Positions 24,570 through 35,040 of a stretch of DNA of 64,000 bases are shown here, in pieces. The first letter of the stretch is position 1; each line of letters starts with the position of its first letter. The position numbers were made by a program, and so were the translations under genes. Under the pieces are notes generated by a model that ran no database searches, was not told the origin of the DNA, and saw only the letters and a program-made list of their open reading frames with translations. The DNA comes from Saccharolobus solfataricus P2 (GTDB taxonomy: Archaea; Thermoproteota; Thermoprotei_A; Sulfolobales; Sulfolobaceae), in assembly GCF_000007005.1 (NCBI RefSeq), contig NC_002754.1; one strand, 5' to 3'.

Positions 24570-24754
24570 GAAAAAATCTTTTTCAATAGCTTTTCTACGT
24601 GTGGACAATCCAGATCGAATAGATTATGATTCCCGTGTTCAACGCAGCTTGCTTGGATTGGTTTACCTTCTAATAAGACAACGCTAGCCTCATCGTCTTC
24701 CCATATCGTATACGCTAGTCCTTCGAACACTTTCTTAGCCATTGGCTCTATCAT
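24566..24754 (-). CDS. Small protein, 62 aa, with a Cys/His cluster
   Basis: SCVEHGNH…DCPH; 37 bp downstream of the kinase on the same strand. Confidence 0.65.
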   Translation of the reverse strand: MIEPMAKKVFEGLAYTIWEDDEASVVLLEGKPIQASCVEHGNHNLFDLDCPHVEKLLKKIFS

Positions 24755-24791
24755 TCTTTTTCACCGATCCTTTTATTTTATATAACTGTCA

Positions 24792-26801
24792 TCAATAGTT
24801 TATAAGCTTTTCTGCTTCACTGTTCAGATTATTAATGTCTATATTATAATCTTCGACCAAAATTTCTTCCAATCTCTTATTTATTTCTAACATGCTAATT
24901 TCACCCTTCAACCCCATCGTTATAAGATCTTTGAATTCCGCAGGTACATAATCAAGTCTAGGCGTTGCGTTGTGAAAATCATCCAAGGCTTGTTTTCTCT
25001 TTTCTGGATTCTTTACCGCTTCTTCGATTTCGTTTTCTAGCCATTCGGGAAATGGAAAATTATTAGTAAGAGATACGTAAAGGGATACTGAAAAAGAGTA
25101 AACGTCAAACATGGTTTCGGCTCTATTACCAAATCTTTGTAAGGGATGAGCATAGTAGGGAGTATAGTGCATTACCGGAGTACCTATTTTTACCGAAGAA
25201 CCCAAATCAGATAATTTAGGTACAACTTCAAAATTGAGCAAAGAATTTAGAGCATCTTCACCGTATCTTGGCAGTTTCTTATTGAACAAAATATTAGATG
25301 GTTTTATGTCACAATGTGTATATCCCTCTTTATGAACTTCTATAACGGCCTTGGCAATTTTAGAAAATATTAAAGCTACCACTTGAGGCCATTTAACGGA
25401 ATGACGCAAAGCAGAATACTCTTGATCCACTAGGATTGACCTTAAGTCACCTCCTTCCATATATTCCATTATTATTGCGGGTGGAGAACTGAAGTAATCT
25501 GTCCAGTTCTCATCTAGAAAACTAGCGAATATTTTAACTAAGTATTCAGACCTCTTAGAGATTTCTTGCATTTTTGCAACTTCATAAAGCATCTCTATAA
25601 AAGTATACTCCTTCTTCATCACTTTCATAGCGTATTTCTTACCATTCCTCTCAACTAATAGTACATAACCCATACCGCCATTTCCCAACAATTGCTTTAC
25701 CTCATATCCATAGAGTACATAACTTAACCAAGCAGTTGCATCAAATGGTTCTGGTATGTATAGTTTGTATGATCTAGTCTTCATGCACGCGTCAATTATA
25801 CCTTCCCTACACGCGTAAAGAAACTCCCTTTCAGCTTGAGATGGAGCATTCAAACCTTCTAAAGCTAAACCTTTTATGTATGCAGAACCAGCGTTACGCT
25901 TAATTTTCTCTGCCTTCTCAATAACCTCTAACGCTTCCCTATATCTCTCATTACCTATCAAAGACCACGCATATAACAAGAGGTTATGGAATGTTGGTAC
26001 TCTTTTAACAGCTTCTTCAAAGTATTTTACCGCTTCCTCAAATTTTCTTTTGTTAACATAATGCCACCCTAATTCAATAAGCGGTGCATCATACGTTGGT
26101 AGCATCTTAACTGAGTCTATTAAGAGTTTCACATTCCCCTCTTTCCTATACTCCTCAATAATTGCGTTTACCTTGCTTCTTATCTTACTTTCCAATTCCC
26201 TATACTTCTCCTCAGATAAAAATGAGTAAATCTTTAAGGCTTCCAACTCGTCTCCTATTCTCTCCATGCATTGAGCTACTGCTAAGGAAACCTCTGGGTC
26301 GGAAACTCTCAGTTCTTTATAATATCTTACTGCATCATCACATTTCTCAAATTTAACTAAAGATAAAATGGAATGATTAACTATACTAGAATCATTCCTA
26401 AAACTATTTAATGCGTATAACGCTACCTTGTAGTCTCTATTTATAGCCTCGATTATCTCGACTTTAGAACCTAAAGCAATAGGTATACCATATATAATCA
26501 TATATGGAAAGTTTAATTTAGGATTAGAAATATTTCCAAAATATACATATATTGTATTACCATATTCAAATAAATACATATTCAACTTATCTACTTTCTC
26601 CTTCAATACTGCTTGCGTAATTACATTGCTATCGTTTACTCTCACTACCTTATAATCATATAAAACTTTAACCTTACCTGCGTCATAAATAACACCATAT
26701 CCTATCACATCATCTTTAGTCTTTATCTTACCGTCAAAAGGCCTAATTACGCCATCAACGTATAAATATTTCTGATCATCTAACTGTAATACTAACTTCA
26801 C
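24792..26801 (-). CDS. TPR-containing Hanks-type Ser/Thr kinase
   Basis: TPR-like repeats in the middle; LGNGGMG, AMK, HCDIKPSN, LSDLG. Confidence 0.92.
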   Translation of the reverse strand: MKLVLQLDDQKYLYVDGVIRPFDGKIKTKDDVIGYGVIYDAGKVKVLYDYKVVRVNDSNVITQAVLKEKVDKLNMYLFEYGNTIYVYFGNISNPKLNFPYMIIYGIPIALGSKVEIIEAINRDYKVALYALNSFRNDSSIVNHSILSLVKFEKCDDAVRYYKELRVSDPEVSLAVAQCMERIGDELEALKIYSFLSEEKYRELESKIRSKVNAIIEEYRKEGNVKLLIDSVKMLPTYDAPLIELGWHYVNKRKFEEAVKYFEEAVKRVPTFHNLLLYAWSLIGNERYREALEVIEKAEKIKRNAGSAYIKGLALEGLNAPSQAEREFLYACREGIIDACMKTRSYKLYIPEPFDATAWLSYVLYGYEVKQLLGNGGMGYVLLVERNGKKYAMKVMKKEYTFIEMLYEVAKMQEISKRSEYLVKIFASFLDENWTDYFSSPPAIIMEYMEGGDLRSILVDQEYSALRHSVKWPQVVALIFSKIAKAVIEVHKEGYTHCDIKPSNILFNKKLPRYGEDALNSLLNFEVVPKLSDLGSSVKIGTPVMHYTPYYAHPLQRFGNRAETMFDVYSFSVSLYVSLTNNFPFPEWLENEIEEAVKNPEKRKQALDDFHNATPRLDYVPAEFKDLITMGLKGEISMLEINKRLEEILVEDYNIDINNLNSEAEKLINY

Positions 26802-26944
26802 ACTAACTCTGTTCTAAGGAATATCTTAAGTAACTTAAATCACATAATACCTCGTCTTCACTAAGAGCCATATTATAGCCAAATTATAGACACCACATCT
26901 TTTATACCTTTTAAAACGTCTTTCTTCAGAGTTTTCTGAGCTAT

Positions 26945-27742
26945 TTAAATTTTCGAAATCCTCTCATAATCCTCATCACTTAGATTCCATCCTAAAGCTC
27001 CAAGTATCTCATCAATATGATCTTTACTAGAAGCCTTAGGTATTGGGATTGATCTTCTCAAAAGGTAATTTAAGGCTACTTGAACAGAGGTCTTATTGTA
27101 TTTTCGTCCAATCTCCTCTAGTATTTTATTGTTTTTAGCATTTCCCCTAGCGAGAGGAGAATACGCTATGACTTTTATATTATTCCTTTCGCAGAACGGT
27201 ATAACATCCTTTTCCGCACTTTTATTTTCAACATTATACTCTATTTCATTTGCAGTTATTTCATATTTCTTAGTTATCGACATTGTTTCTTCTAAAAGTT
27301 TAATATCAAAATTGCTTACTCCAATACAATTTACAATGCCTTGATCTACCAACTCCTCCATTGCTCTTAAACTTTCCTCTAGTGGTACAGAGGAATTCGG
27401 CCAATGGATTAAGTATAGGTCAATATACTTCGCGTTAAGCCTTTTTAGACTATTTTTAGCAGACCTAATTAAATCATCGTACTTCAGATGATTAGACCAT
27501 ACCTTAGTTATAATGAAAATTTTATCCCTATCAAAATTCTCTATAGCTTTTCCAACAAGTTCTTCAGAATGTCCTCCACCATACATTTCCGCAGTATCGA
27601 TAACGTTTATTCCCTTACTTATCACATACTTTAATATTTCTATATAATGGGAATCCTTAGAATAATCTGGATTCCAATACCCTCCTCCAATTTTCCAAGT
27701 CCCAAAACCAATTTGTGAGACGTCCTTATTACATAACCTCAT
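26945..27742 (-). CDS. Aldo/keto reductase
   Basis: GFGTW, DTAEMY, IDLYLIHWP, IGVSNF, AYSPL, IPK. Confidence 0.94.
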   Translation of the reverse strand: MRLCNKDVSQIGFGTWKIGGGYWNPDYSKDSHYIEILKYVISKGINVIDTAEMYGGGHSEELVGKAIENFDRDKIFIITKVWSNHLKYDDLIRSAKNSLKRLNAKYIDLYLIHWPNSSVPLEESLRAMEELVDQGIVNCIGVSNFDIKLLEETMSITKKYEITANEIEYNVENKSAEKDVIPFCERNNIKVIAYSPLARGNAKNNKILEEIGRKYNKTSVQVALNYLLRRSIPIPKASSKDHIDEILGALGWNLSDEDYERISKI

Positions 27743-27744
27743 GA

Positions 27745-29376
27745 TTATCTCACCTTGTCTACTATAACTTGAATCACAGCTATTTTATTCTCTCTTCTCA
27801 TTTTCTCTAAGCCCCTTATTAAGGCAGGCTTAATCTCCCAAGGATCCTCAACTAGTTCATAGTAGCCATGAAAAGTTTCAACAGTCTTCCCAATCTCGAA
27901 CCTTCTATCAAAATCTGCGCCAGGATAATACTTTTTACTTTTTGCTAAACCCTCAGGAAAAACCTCATCTACTGCCTCAGCTGATGCCAACCAGCCACCA
28001 TTATCATAAATCACAACCATCGTCGGATATTTCGATGCTACATAATAGAAGGCTTCCGGAACGCCAAATATAAATGAGCCATCACCAGTAGTGATAAGTA
28101 CGTCCTTGTTAGTAGCTATCTTATATCCAACGCCAGCACCTAATGCGAAGCCTAGATATCCTACGGACAAGTCAGCAAAGTAAGAACCAAACTCATTTAG
28201 CCTAGCGTATCTAGGATTAAATTGATACTCATTAAATATTACCAAATTGTACTCAGACGCAACAATTCCAATTTCATATGATAAATATTTCGGATGAATT
28301 GGTTTCTTATCCTTTAATCTCTCAATCTCTTGCTTCTTATATTCTTCTTGCTTAGCCCTTAGCTCCTTAATCTCGTCATAACTCTTCGGTCTAATCGAAA
28401 TATAATCAAAGAAGTTGCTGGGTGTGGATTGTATACATAGATCACATCTAAAGCCATAATATGGAATGTAAGAATAAGATGGATCAACATCAATCTTAAC
28501 TATTGGAATATCTAGGTCAATTTTCTTCGGAAAATACGGCACTTCTGCCTCCACTACTAATAACAAATCACTATTTCGTAAATCAAACCTATCCAAAGCC
28601 ATTGGTCCACTGCTGGGATAATTCAAAACCTCGCCAGCGTAGTTCAGAACTGGAATATTATAATTATCTGCAAATCTCCTTAGGGATTCAAACCATTCTT
28701 TTCTCCTTCCAGCCCTCCATGTTATAATTAGTGGTCTTTCTGACTTTTCCAGCATTTCCTTAGCCTTGTTAATTTTATCCGGAGAAGGTGCGGGTTCATA
28801 ATAATCCATTGGTATTCTCCTAGCTTCATTAACTTCTTGAATGCTAACTTCTCTTGGCAAAACAATATATACTGGACCTCTTGGTTCACTCATCATTATT
28901 TGAATTGCTCTAGATACTACTGCTGGTAACTGATCAGCCATCCTAATTTCAAAATCGTACTTGACATATTGCCTAACCAATTCTCCTTGATCCCTAGCCT
29001 CTTGTGTCCAGTGGATTCTCAAGTTCCTGCTTGCAGTATTGCCTTTCTCAGTATATGGACTCCTCCCCGCAATAACTAAAAGTGGTATTCTGGAAGTGAA
29101 CGCACTCATAATACCTCCCAATGCGTTTGCCGTTCCAGGTGTAGTGTGAACTGCAACAGCACTTAGCTTATTGCCTAGTGCGTAACCTATTGCAGTTGAT
29201 ATAGCAGTAATCTCATGAGGTACTATTTCAAATTCTGGTAAACTGGAATCTTCGACCTTAGCCTCTATTAATGAAGCGTAATCCGTACCAGATACTATAA
29301 ATATTTTATTTACCCCGCTTTCTTTAAGAAGAGATAAAAATAGCCTTCCGGCATTCATAACTAAATATTTTATCAT
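27745..29376 (-). CDS. Thiamine-pyrophosphate-requiring enzyme (ALS/decarboxylase-like); alternative start 29358
   Basis: PHE, HTTPGTAN, GDGSFIF…DN TPP motif. Confidence 0.88.
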   Translation of the reverse strand: MIKYLVMNAGRLFLSLLKESGVNKIFIVSGTDYASLIEAKVEDSSLPEFEIVPHEITAISTAIGYALGNKLSAVAVHTTPGTANALGGIMSAFTSRIPLLVIAGRSPYTEKGNTASRNLRIHWTQEARDQGELVRQYVKYDFEIRMADQLPAVVSRAIQIMMSEPRGPVYIVLPREVSIQEVNEARRIPMDYYEPAPSPDKINKAKEMLEKSERPLIITWRAGRRKEWFESLRRFADNYNIPVLNYAGEVLNYPSSGPMALDRFDLRNSDLLLVVEAEVPYFPKKIDLDIPIVKIDVDPSYSYIPYYGFRCDLCIQSTPSNFFDYISIRPKSYDEIKELRAKQEEYKKQEIERLKDKKPIHPKYLSYEIGIVASEYNLVIFNEYQFNPRYARLNEFGSYFADLSVGYLGFALGAGVGYKIATNKDVLITTGDGSFIFGVPEAFYYVASKYPTMVVIYDNGGWLASAEAVDEVFPEGLAKSKKYYPGADFDRRFEIGKTVETFHGYYELVEDPWEIKPALIRGLEKMRRENKIAVIQVIVDKVR

Positions 29377-29514
29377 GAATATAAAATACTACCTTTCCTC
29401 CCGAAGAAAATATTAAAGATCGATAATTTATTGTATTACGAAAAACGAATAGTGAGTATTGTTACTTTAAGAAACTAGGAAAAATTAATATACTATAAGT
29501 TCGAAATTAAAACG

Positions 29515-30771
29515 ATGAGCAAGAAAGTAGATGAGTTGATAAAAGAGGATCAAGAATATTTGATGCAATCCTTTAGGAGATGGTATCCATTTGTAATAGA
29601 TCACGGTTTTGGGGCAATAGTTTACGATATTGAAGGAAACGAGTACATTGATTTTAACGCGGGAATAGGAGTAGTTGCATTAGGCCACAAAAACGAGAAG
29701 ATCATTAATGCAGTAAAGGAGCAAATGGACAAGTTTTTCCATTATAGTCTTACAGATTTCTACTATGAAGTTGCGATAGAAGTAGCGAAAAGATTATCCT
29801 CCTTAATGCCATTCTCAGCTAAGGTATTTTATGCTAACAGTGGTACTGAGAGTGTTGAAGCAGCAATAAAGATAGCTAGAGGGCATACAGGGAGACAATG
29901 GATTATAGGTTTCATTAATTCCTTTCATGGAAGAACCTTAGGCTCCTTAGCCTTTACCTCAAGTAAAGCTATCCAAAGGAAATCGTTCTCTCCCCTTTTA
30001 CCATCAACATATTTAATCCCATATCCAGATAGGAGAGACCCACTATGTAAAGAAGAGTGTACTGAAGAGTTGTTAGGATTTATAGAAGACTGGGTTTTCA
30101 AGAAGGTAGTCGATCCCAATGAAGTAGCTGCTTTTATTGCTGAGCCAATACAAGGAGAAGGTGGGGTTATAGTACCTCCTAAGGATTTCTTTTATAAATT
30201 GAATAATTTACTTAAGAAATTTGGAATCTTACTTATCCTTGATGAAGTACAGACTGGAATCGGAAGAACTGGGAAAATGTTCGCATTTGAGCATTTCAAT
30301 GTAACGCCAGATTTAGTATGTTTAGCTAAGGCATTAGGTGGAGGACTTCCACTGGGTGCAGTTGTTGGAAGAAAGGAGATTATGGATTTGCCTCCGGGTT
30401 CTCATGCTAACACTTTTGGGGGAAATCCATTAGCATTGGCTGCAGCGAATGTTATTTTAGAAGAGGTTCCGAAGCTATTAGACCATGTAAGCAGTATAGG
30501 CAAGAAAATTATCGAGGAACTAACAGATACTAGATCACCTTACTTATATGATGTCAGAGGATTAGGTCTTCTCATAGGTGCTGAGTTAAGAAAAAATGAT
30601 AAACCATTTGTAGAAGGTCTAGAAAAAGTATTATATAATTCTTTCAGAAGAGGAGTATTGGCAATAGGAGCTGGAGAATCGGTAGTTAGAATAGAACCTC
30701 CGCTAATAATAAGTGAAGAGTTGGCCATGAAAGGTACTAAAATATTAAAGGAAGAAATAGAAAAACTTTAA
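29515..30771 (+). CDS. Class-III PLP aminotransferase (GabT/ArgD-like)
   Basis: SGTES, FHGRT, EPIQGEGG, DEVQTG, AKALGGG. Confidence 0.92.
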   Translation: MSKKVDELIKEDQEYLMQSFRRWYPFVIDHGFGAIVYDIEGNEYIDFNAGIGVVALGHKNEKIINAVKEQMDKFFHYSLTDFYYEVAIEVAKRLSSLMPFSAKVFYANSGTESVEAAIKIARGHTGRQWIIGFINSFHGRTLGSLAFTSSKAIQRKSFSPLLPSTYLIPYPDRRDPLCKEECTEELLGFIEDWVFKKVVDPNEVAAFIAEPIQGEGGVIVPPKDFFYKLNNLLKKFGILLILDEVQTGIGRTGKMFAFEHFNVTPDLVCLAKALGGGLPLGAVVGRKEIMDLPPGSHANTFGGNPLALAAANVILEEVPKLLDHVSSIGKKIIEELTDTRSPYLYDVRGLGLLIGAELRKNDKPFVEGLEKVLYNSFRRGVLAIGAGESVVRIEPPLIISEELAMKGTKILKEEIEKL

Positions 30772-31160
30772 CTTTTCTTTTCTACAAAGATTAGTATTAA
30801 CGATAATACTATTAGGATGACATCGAGAGCTAAGGAGATATCTACATAATAATTAAATGGAAGTTTCTTTCCTACAAGTAATGCTGGTCCTAATCTGGTC
30901 TCACTAAGCAATGTTAAGTCTATGGCATAGAATGCAGTAATTAACGGATAGCTATACTTTATTCCTTGAATAGCTAAGACCGCAGCTATTATAGCTAATG
31001 CTGACGTAAACCCGAAGAACGTATCGTAAACCATCGTTGCAGTTGGATTAGGTAGTACTGCGTGTGTTAGTACCATGTGAACTCCAGCCCACAATGCAGA
31101 TGACATTGCCGTTATCCATCTTAATATCAACCTTGCAATTCCGACTTCTTTTTCAGCCAT
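30768..31160 (-). CDS. Hypothetical 4-TM membrane protein, 130 aa; start 31160
   Basis: Hydrophobic helices; divergent from the heme A synthase-like gene. Confidence 0.7.
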   Translation of the reverse strand: MAEKEVGIARLILRWITAMSSALWAGVHMVLTHAVLPNPTATMVYDTFFGFTSALAIIAAVLAIQGIKYSYPLITAFYAIDLTLLSETRLGPALLVGKKLPFNYYVDISLALDVILIVLSLILIFVEKKS

Positions 31161-31285
31161 GAGTACATTTTTCCGCAATAATATAAATAGAATTTTTCCC
31201 AAATCGATTATTGTTTTGAAACATATCAGACATTAATCAAACCCCTAAAAGAGATTTTTAAGGTATGAAATCACTTATGTAAATA

Positions 31286-32071
31286 ATGATAGTAACTTAC
31301 CTTTCGGCACTTGAGACAATATTGGCTGGAACAACGATAGTTTTTGGTGGAATAGTAGAAGGTTATGGATATGGTTTATCGCTAGGAACTAATTGGCCCT
31401 ATACTAATGATATCATGCAACTGGCTGCTAAAAAAGATCCCGAGGCAATACACAGAATTTTAGCTACACTAGTTGGAATCTTTTCTCTAGTCATATTAAT
31501 AATTCATCCTACCCTTATATCAATAATTGGGTTTGTGTCCGTAGTTTTCACAGCACTTTTAGGTATGGCGACACTATACGTACTAGCTGGAAAATTACCT
31601 TCAGTATTCCAAGGCTTGCATGATATAGCAGCTTATACAACTTTCGTCTCTTACTTCCTCATTATGTTACAAGGATTAGGAATATTTAAGATAGATATAG
31701 TGTCATTTCTGATTAGCGCAATAGTTCCTCCACACTTTTTATACTTCGTCATCTTTATGGGAGGTGTAGTAACTGGAACTAGAAGAATGAAATTAAAGAT
31801 AGGTAGGCCATGGGAAAGAGATAAGGAGAGAAATTCGTGGCTGCAAGCTGCTTGGACAATTCACGGTATAGTAGCCCTAATCTTTATAATTGCTGTTGTT
31901 CTCCTACATTACTGGTTAACATTAATTTTCACAGCTTTAGAAATAATTGTCGGATTATGGGTATGGGATTCCAGCAACAGAAATCCGTTAAAACCAGGTA
32001 TGTCCATTGGATTGCATCAACTATTCTCAATCCTTGTCGTAGTAGCAATAATATTGAATAGTATCAGTTGA
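31286..32071 (+). CDS. Heme A synthase (CtaA/Cox15)-like membrane protein, cysteine-free
   Basis: GLSLGTNWP, EAIHR, LHD, TIHG, LHQ; internal two-fold repeat. Confidence 0.7.
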   Translation: MIVTYLSALETILAGTTIVFGGIVEGYGYGLSLGTNWPYTNDIMQLAAKKDPEAIHRILATLVGIFSLVILIIHPTLISIIGFVSVVFTALLGMATLYVLAGKLPSVFQGLHDIAAYTTFVSYFLIMLQGLGIFKIDIVSFLISAIVPPHFLYFVIFMGGVVTGTRRMKLKIGRPWERDKERNSWLQAAWTIHGIVALIFIIAVVLLHYWLTLIFTALEIIVGLWVWDSSNRNPLKPGMSIGLHQLFSILVVVAIILNSIS

Positions 32072-32086
32072 GGTGCATTAATTCAC

Positions 32087-34399
32087 CTAATCATATTGTT
32101 GTGAATTCATCACATCCTTTAACGTTAAACCTACCTTACTATCAGCGGTTAAGTTATAATATTTTTTCATTAACTTTGATATAGCAGAATATATTAATTC
32201 GTATATATGTGTTCTATTACTACTAAGCACAGTAGATACATAACTCCATGGCTTACCTTGAAGAACTTTAGCTATTAATACTAATTCCTCATCCTGAGTC
32301 AAACTCCAATCTCTTTCTCCATCCCAGAAATACTTTAGCGTTAACATGTGTATTCCATCAGCTGAGGATTCATATGGACTTACGCCTTGAAGAAATGATA
32401 TGGTTTTGTCTAATATTATTGGACTTACATTAATGGTTTTACTAACTATCTTAGTGCTTGTCAACATTAGCCTAACTACTTCAGGGTTCATATTAAAGTA
32501 TACGTCGTGTAAAGTATTAAGAAGTTTCTCTTTTAACATATATGCGGATATTTTTACAATTTTTGTTGCAATATCACTTATAGGTCTAATAACAACAACT
32601 GGATAGTCGCCTAATTTTTCATTTTTCTTTGGTGATATATGAACTGGAATAAAGCCGTTCTTTATCCAGAAATTTAAAACTTTTTGATCAGACATAAAAG
32701 AAGAACCAACCCAGTCCACTCCTTTATCCCTAGCCTCTTCGTATATCATTTTCAATAGCTCACTACCAAATCCCTTATCTTGAAGTTCTGGAGCCACTGC
32801 AATTCTAACTATCCTCCACCCACGTAGCTTAGCAAAGTCCTTAATCCTAACGTGCTTTATAATTCTGTCCGGTATTAGATCACCATCAAACGTACCACCT
32901 TTTAAGGCAATATCTACCATATTATCAGAAAGTTCACCCTCTTCGGCTATTTGACAAGCGGCAATGTACGAATTCTCCCCAATACGTATGGCCTTTATCT
33001 TATGATGAATACCATCTAACATAATCATTAAATCATCTGGATTATTTTTGTAGTGGGCTGTTACCATTATTCCATAAATAGCTCTCAGTCTGTTATCATC
33101 ATTAGCCAGTTCAGATTTATCCACATCTTCGTAAATCATAGTATCATTAAGATACTGTGGCTCTGAAGGTTCTGCGTCAAGCAACAACGCATCATAGAGC
33201 CATTTTTCTATAGGGTCTCCCTTCGCATATCTTAAAGGTTGTTCCATATTTACCCATTTGACCCTAATCCTTTTACTTTCAATTAGTCTTCTTAAATATC
33301 TAAGAAATGCCTTATTAGAACCTTCATATCCATGTACCGTAGTTACTAGTGCTACCTTTTTCCATGCCCTCAATGCTAAGTCTATGTAATTAATACCCAA
33401 GGCTGCGGCCTCGTCTATGATTAAAAGTTCACCCTCATCTTCTATGGCAGCATCAGGCGGAACATACTCCAACTTGAAATAGTCGCCTCTTAAACTCTTT
33501 ATATGTCCAGTATCACTAACTTTTACCGAAAGTTCCTCGCCTAAAGCTTCTAAACCTAATTTTGCGAAAGACATTACTTGAGATGCACTGGCTATTGAGG
33601 GTGCAGTAACTATTATTCTAATACTCTTCTCTTTTCTTTCCCTAAGTTTCTCTATTAACCCCGCTATAGATAGTCCGGTAGCTGCGCTTTTTCCTCTACC
33701 CCTAGCAGCTGTTAAAACTAAGGCTCTTTGTCCTCCACTTAATAGATAAGTGAAACTCTCTATAACTCTGTTTTGATCCTCACTTAGCGATAATTCATGA
33801 ATTTCTTTTGGCATTAATGGGTTTCTTGGGACTTTCTTCTCTGCCTTTGGCATTGTGTTACCAGAAAACGGCTTAGGAATATACTCGTTAACGTCAATGA
33901 TAAATATCCCTTCATGCTCATACAATTTTCTTTTAAACCTTTTCTCATATTCATCTAAAATTAAACCATTCCTCATTATTGAAGTTCTAAAAGTCTTATC
34001 CTTAATTAGATTATTTGTATAAATTATTATCAAACCCCCACCTCTAGCTAGATCAACGAGTCTACCTATATTAATTGGTTGAAAATTATCTACAGTGTCC
34101 AATATGACTAAATCATAAGTGTTACCTAAGTAGTATTCAGCATTGGCGTAATCAATATCGTCAAATTTGGAGAAATATTCTTTTATAGTTCTCATTCTCT
34201 CTTTAGAACCACTTGCCCAAGGTACGAAACCATACGCTACTGAAGGATTTGATTTGAAGTTAAGAAATAGACTTATAATTTCCTTAACGTGATCAAAGTA
34301 GTCATCCCTCTCTATGTAAATCAAGTTCCTATAATATCTAGTATTACCATCCTCTAATGCCTTTCTTATTTGATCATAAAACTGCTCTTTATTTACCAT
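32087..34399 (-). CDS. tmcA: RNA cytidine acetyltransferase TmcA/NAT10 (ac4C writer)
   Basis: Helicase motifs ARGRGKS, IDEAA, TTVHGYEG; GNAT motif RIVRIAVAPELQDKGFGS. Confidence 0.95.
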   Translation of the reverse strand: MVNKEQFYDQIRKALEDGNTRYYRNLIYIERDDYFDHVKEIISLFLNFKSNPSVAYGFVPWASGSKERMRTIKEYFSKFDDIDYANAEYYLGNTYDLVILDTVDNFQPINIGRLVDLARGGGLIIIYTNNLIKDKTFRTSIMRNGLILDEYEKRFKRKLYEHEGIFIIDVNEYIPKPFSGNTMPKAEKKVPRNPLMPKEIHELSLSEDQNRVIESFTYLLSGGQRALVLTAARGRGKSAATGLSIAGLIEKLRERKEKSIRIIVTAPSIASASQVMSFAKLGLEALGEELSVKVSDTGHIKSLRGDYFKLEYVPPDAAIEDEGELLIIDEAAALGINYIDLALRAWKKVALVTTVHGYEGSNKAFLRYLRRLIESKRIRVKWVNMEQPLRYAKGDPIEKWLYDALLLDAEPSEPQYLNDTMIYEDVDKSELANDDNRLRAIYGIMVTAHYKNNPDDLMIMLDGIHHKIKAIRIGENSYIAACQIAEEGELSDNMVDIALKGGTFDGDLIPDRIIKHVRIKDFAKLRGWRIVRIAVAPELQDKGFGSELLKMIYEEARDKGVDWVGSSFMSDQKVLNFWIKNGFIPVHISPKKNEKLGDYPVVVIRPISDIATKIVKISAYMLKEKLLNTLHDVYFNMNPEVVRLMLTSTKIVSKTINVSPIILDKTISFLQGVSPYESSADGIHMLTLKYFWDGERDWSLTQDEELVLIAKVLQGKPWSYVSTVLSSNRTHIYELIYSAISKLMKKYYNLTADSKVGLTLKDVMNSQQYD

Positions 34400-34402
34400 T
34401 GC

Positions 34403-34654
34403 TTACAATTTATACTTCTTCTTTAAAGCTTCTTCTATATCTATACCTTCTAAGTTAGCTATGGATACTGTCCAAGCTATGACATCCGCCAATTCCTCTT
34501 GGATAGAATCTAAATTATTGGAAAGAAGTGCTTCAGCTAACTCTCCTACTTCTTCTACTAGCCAAGTAAATGTAGCATAAATACCCCTTTGCGAGTCTTT
34601 CTCGAAATACATTTCCTTCATTTTTGACTGTAGTTCCTTAAGTTCCAAGTCCAA
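34403..34654 (-). CDS. MazG-like nucleotide pyrophosphohydrolase
   Basis: WLVEEVGELAEA…EELADV. Confidence 0.9.
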   Translation of the reverse strand: MDLELKELQSKMKEMYFEKDSQRGIYATFTWLVEEVGELAEALLSNNLDSIQEELADVIAWTVSIANLEGIDIEEALKKKYKL

Positions 34655-34997
34655 TTTCCCTCCGCATCACTCTTATCTCGTTATCAGAAAAAGTTATCCT
34701 TAGCTTAATTTCCACATTAAAGCTATGATTAACGAAATATATGTCAATCCATTTCTTCTGTGAAACATTTTCAACAAATTTAGCATCTACTCCATATTCA
34801 ACGGTTAATGGATTTGAAGGGTCGTCCATGATTATATGTCTAAAAATTACCTCTCTACCTTCCCTATCTATTTCAAATAGTACTTCGACGTTCGCATTTT
34901 TAGGATAGTCTTCACTCATACATACTACTGAATCATTACAGCACGTTAGACATAGGCCATCACTTAGATTATTCCTAACTTCTGCCGGAAATTCCAT
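34638..34997 (-). CDS. Hypothetical protein; likely start ATG 34997
   Basis: Clean ORF overlapping the MazG-like gene by 17 bp; CLTCC cluster. Confidence 0.7.
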   Translation of the reverse strand: MEFPAEVRNNLSDGLCLTCCNDSVVCMSEDYPKNANVEVLFEIDREGREVIFRHIIMDDPSNPLTVEYGVDAKFVENVSQKKWIDIYFVNHSFNVEIKLRITFSDNEIRVMRREIGLGT

Positions 34998-35040
34998 GAT
35001 AGTGATAAATATTTTATGCTCAACCAACTATTAAATAATT

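Noticed and set aside
26840-26870. GTGAAGA C-box-like word on the minus strand upstream of the TPR kinase
   Set aside because: No D or D' boxes follow.
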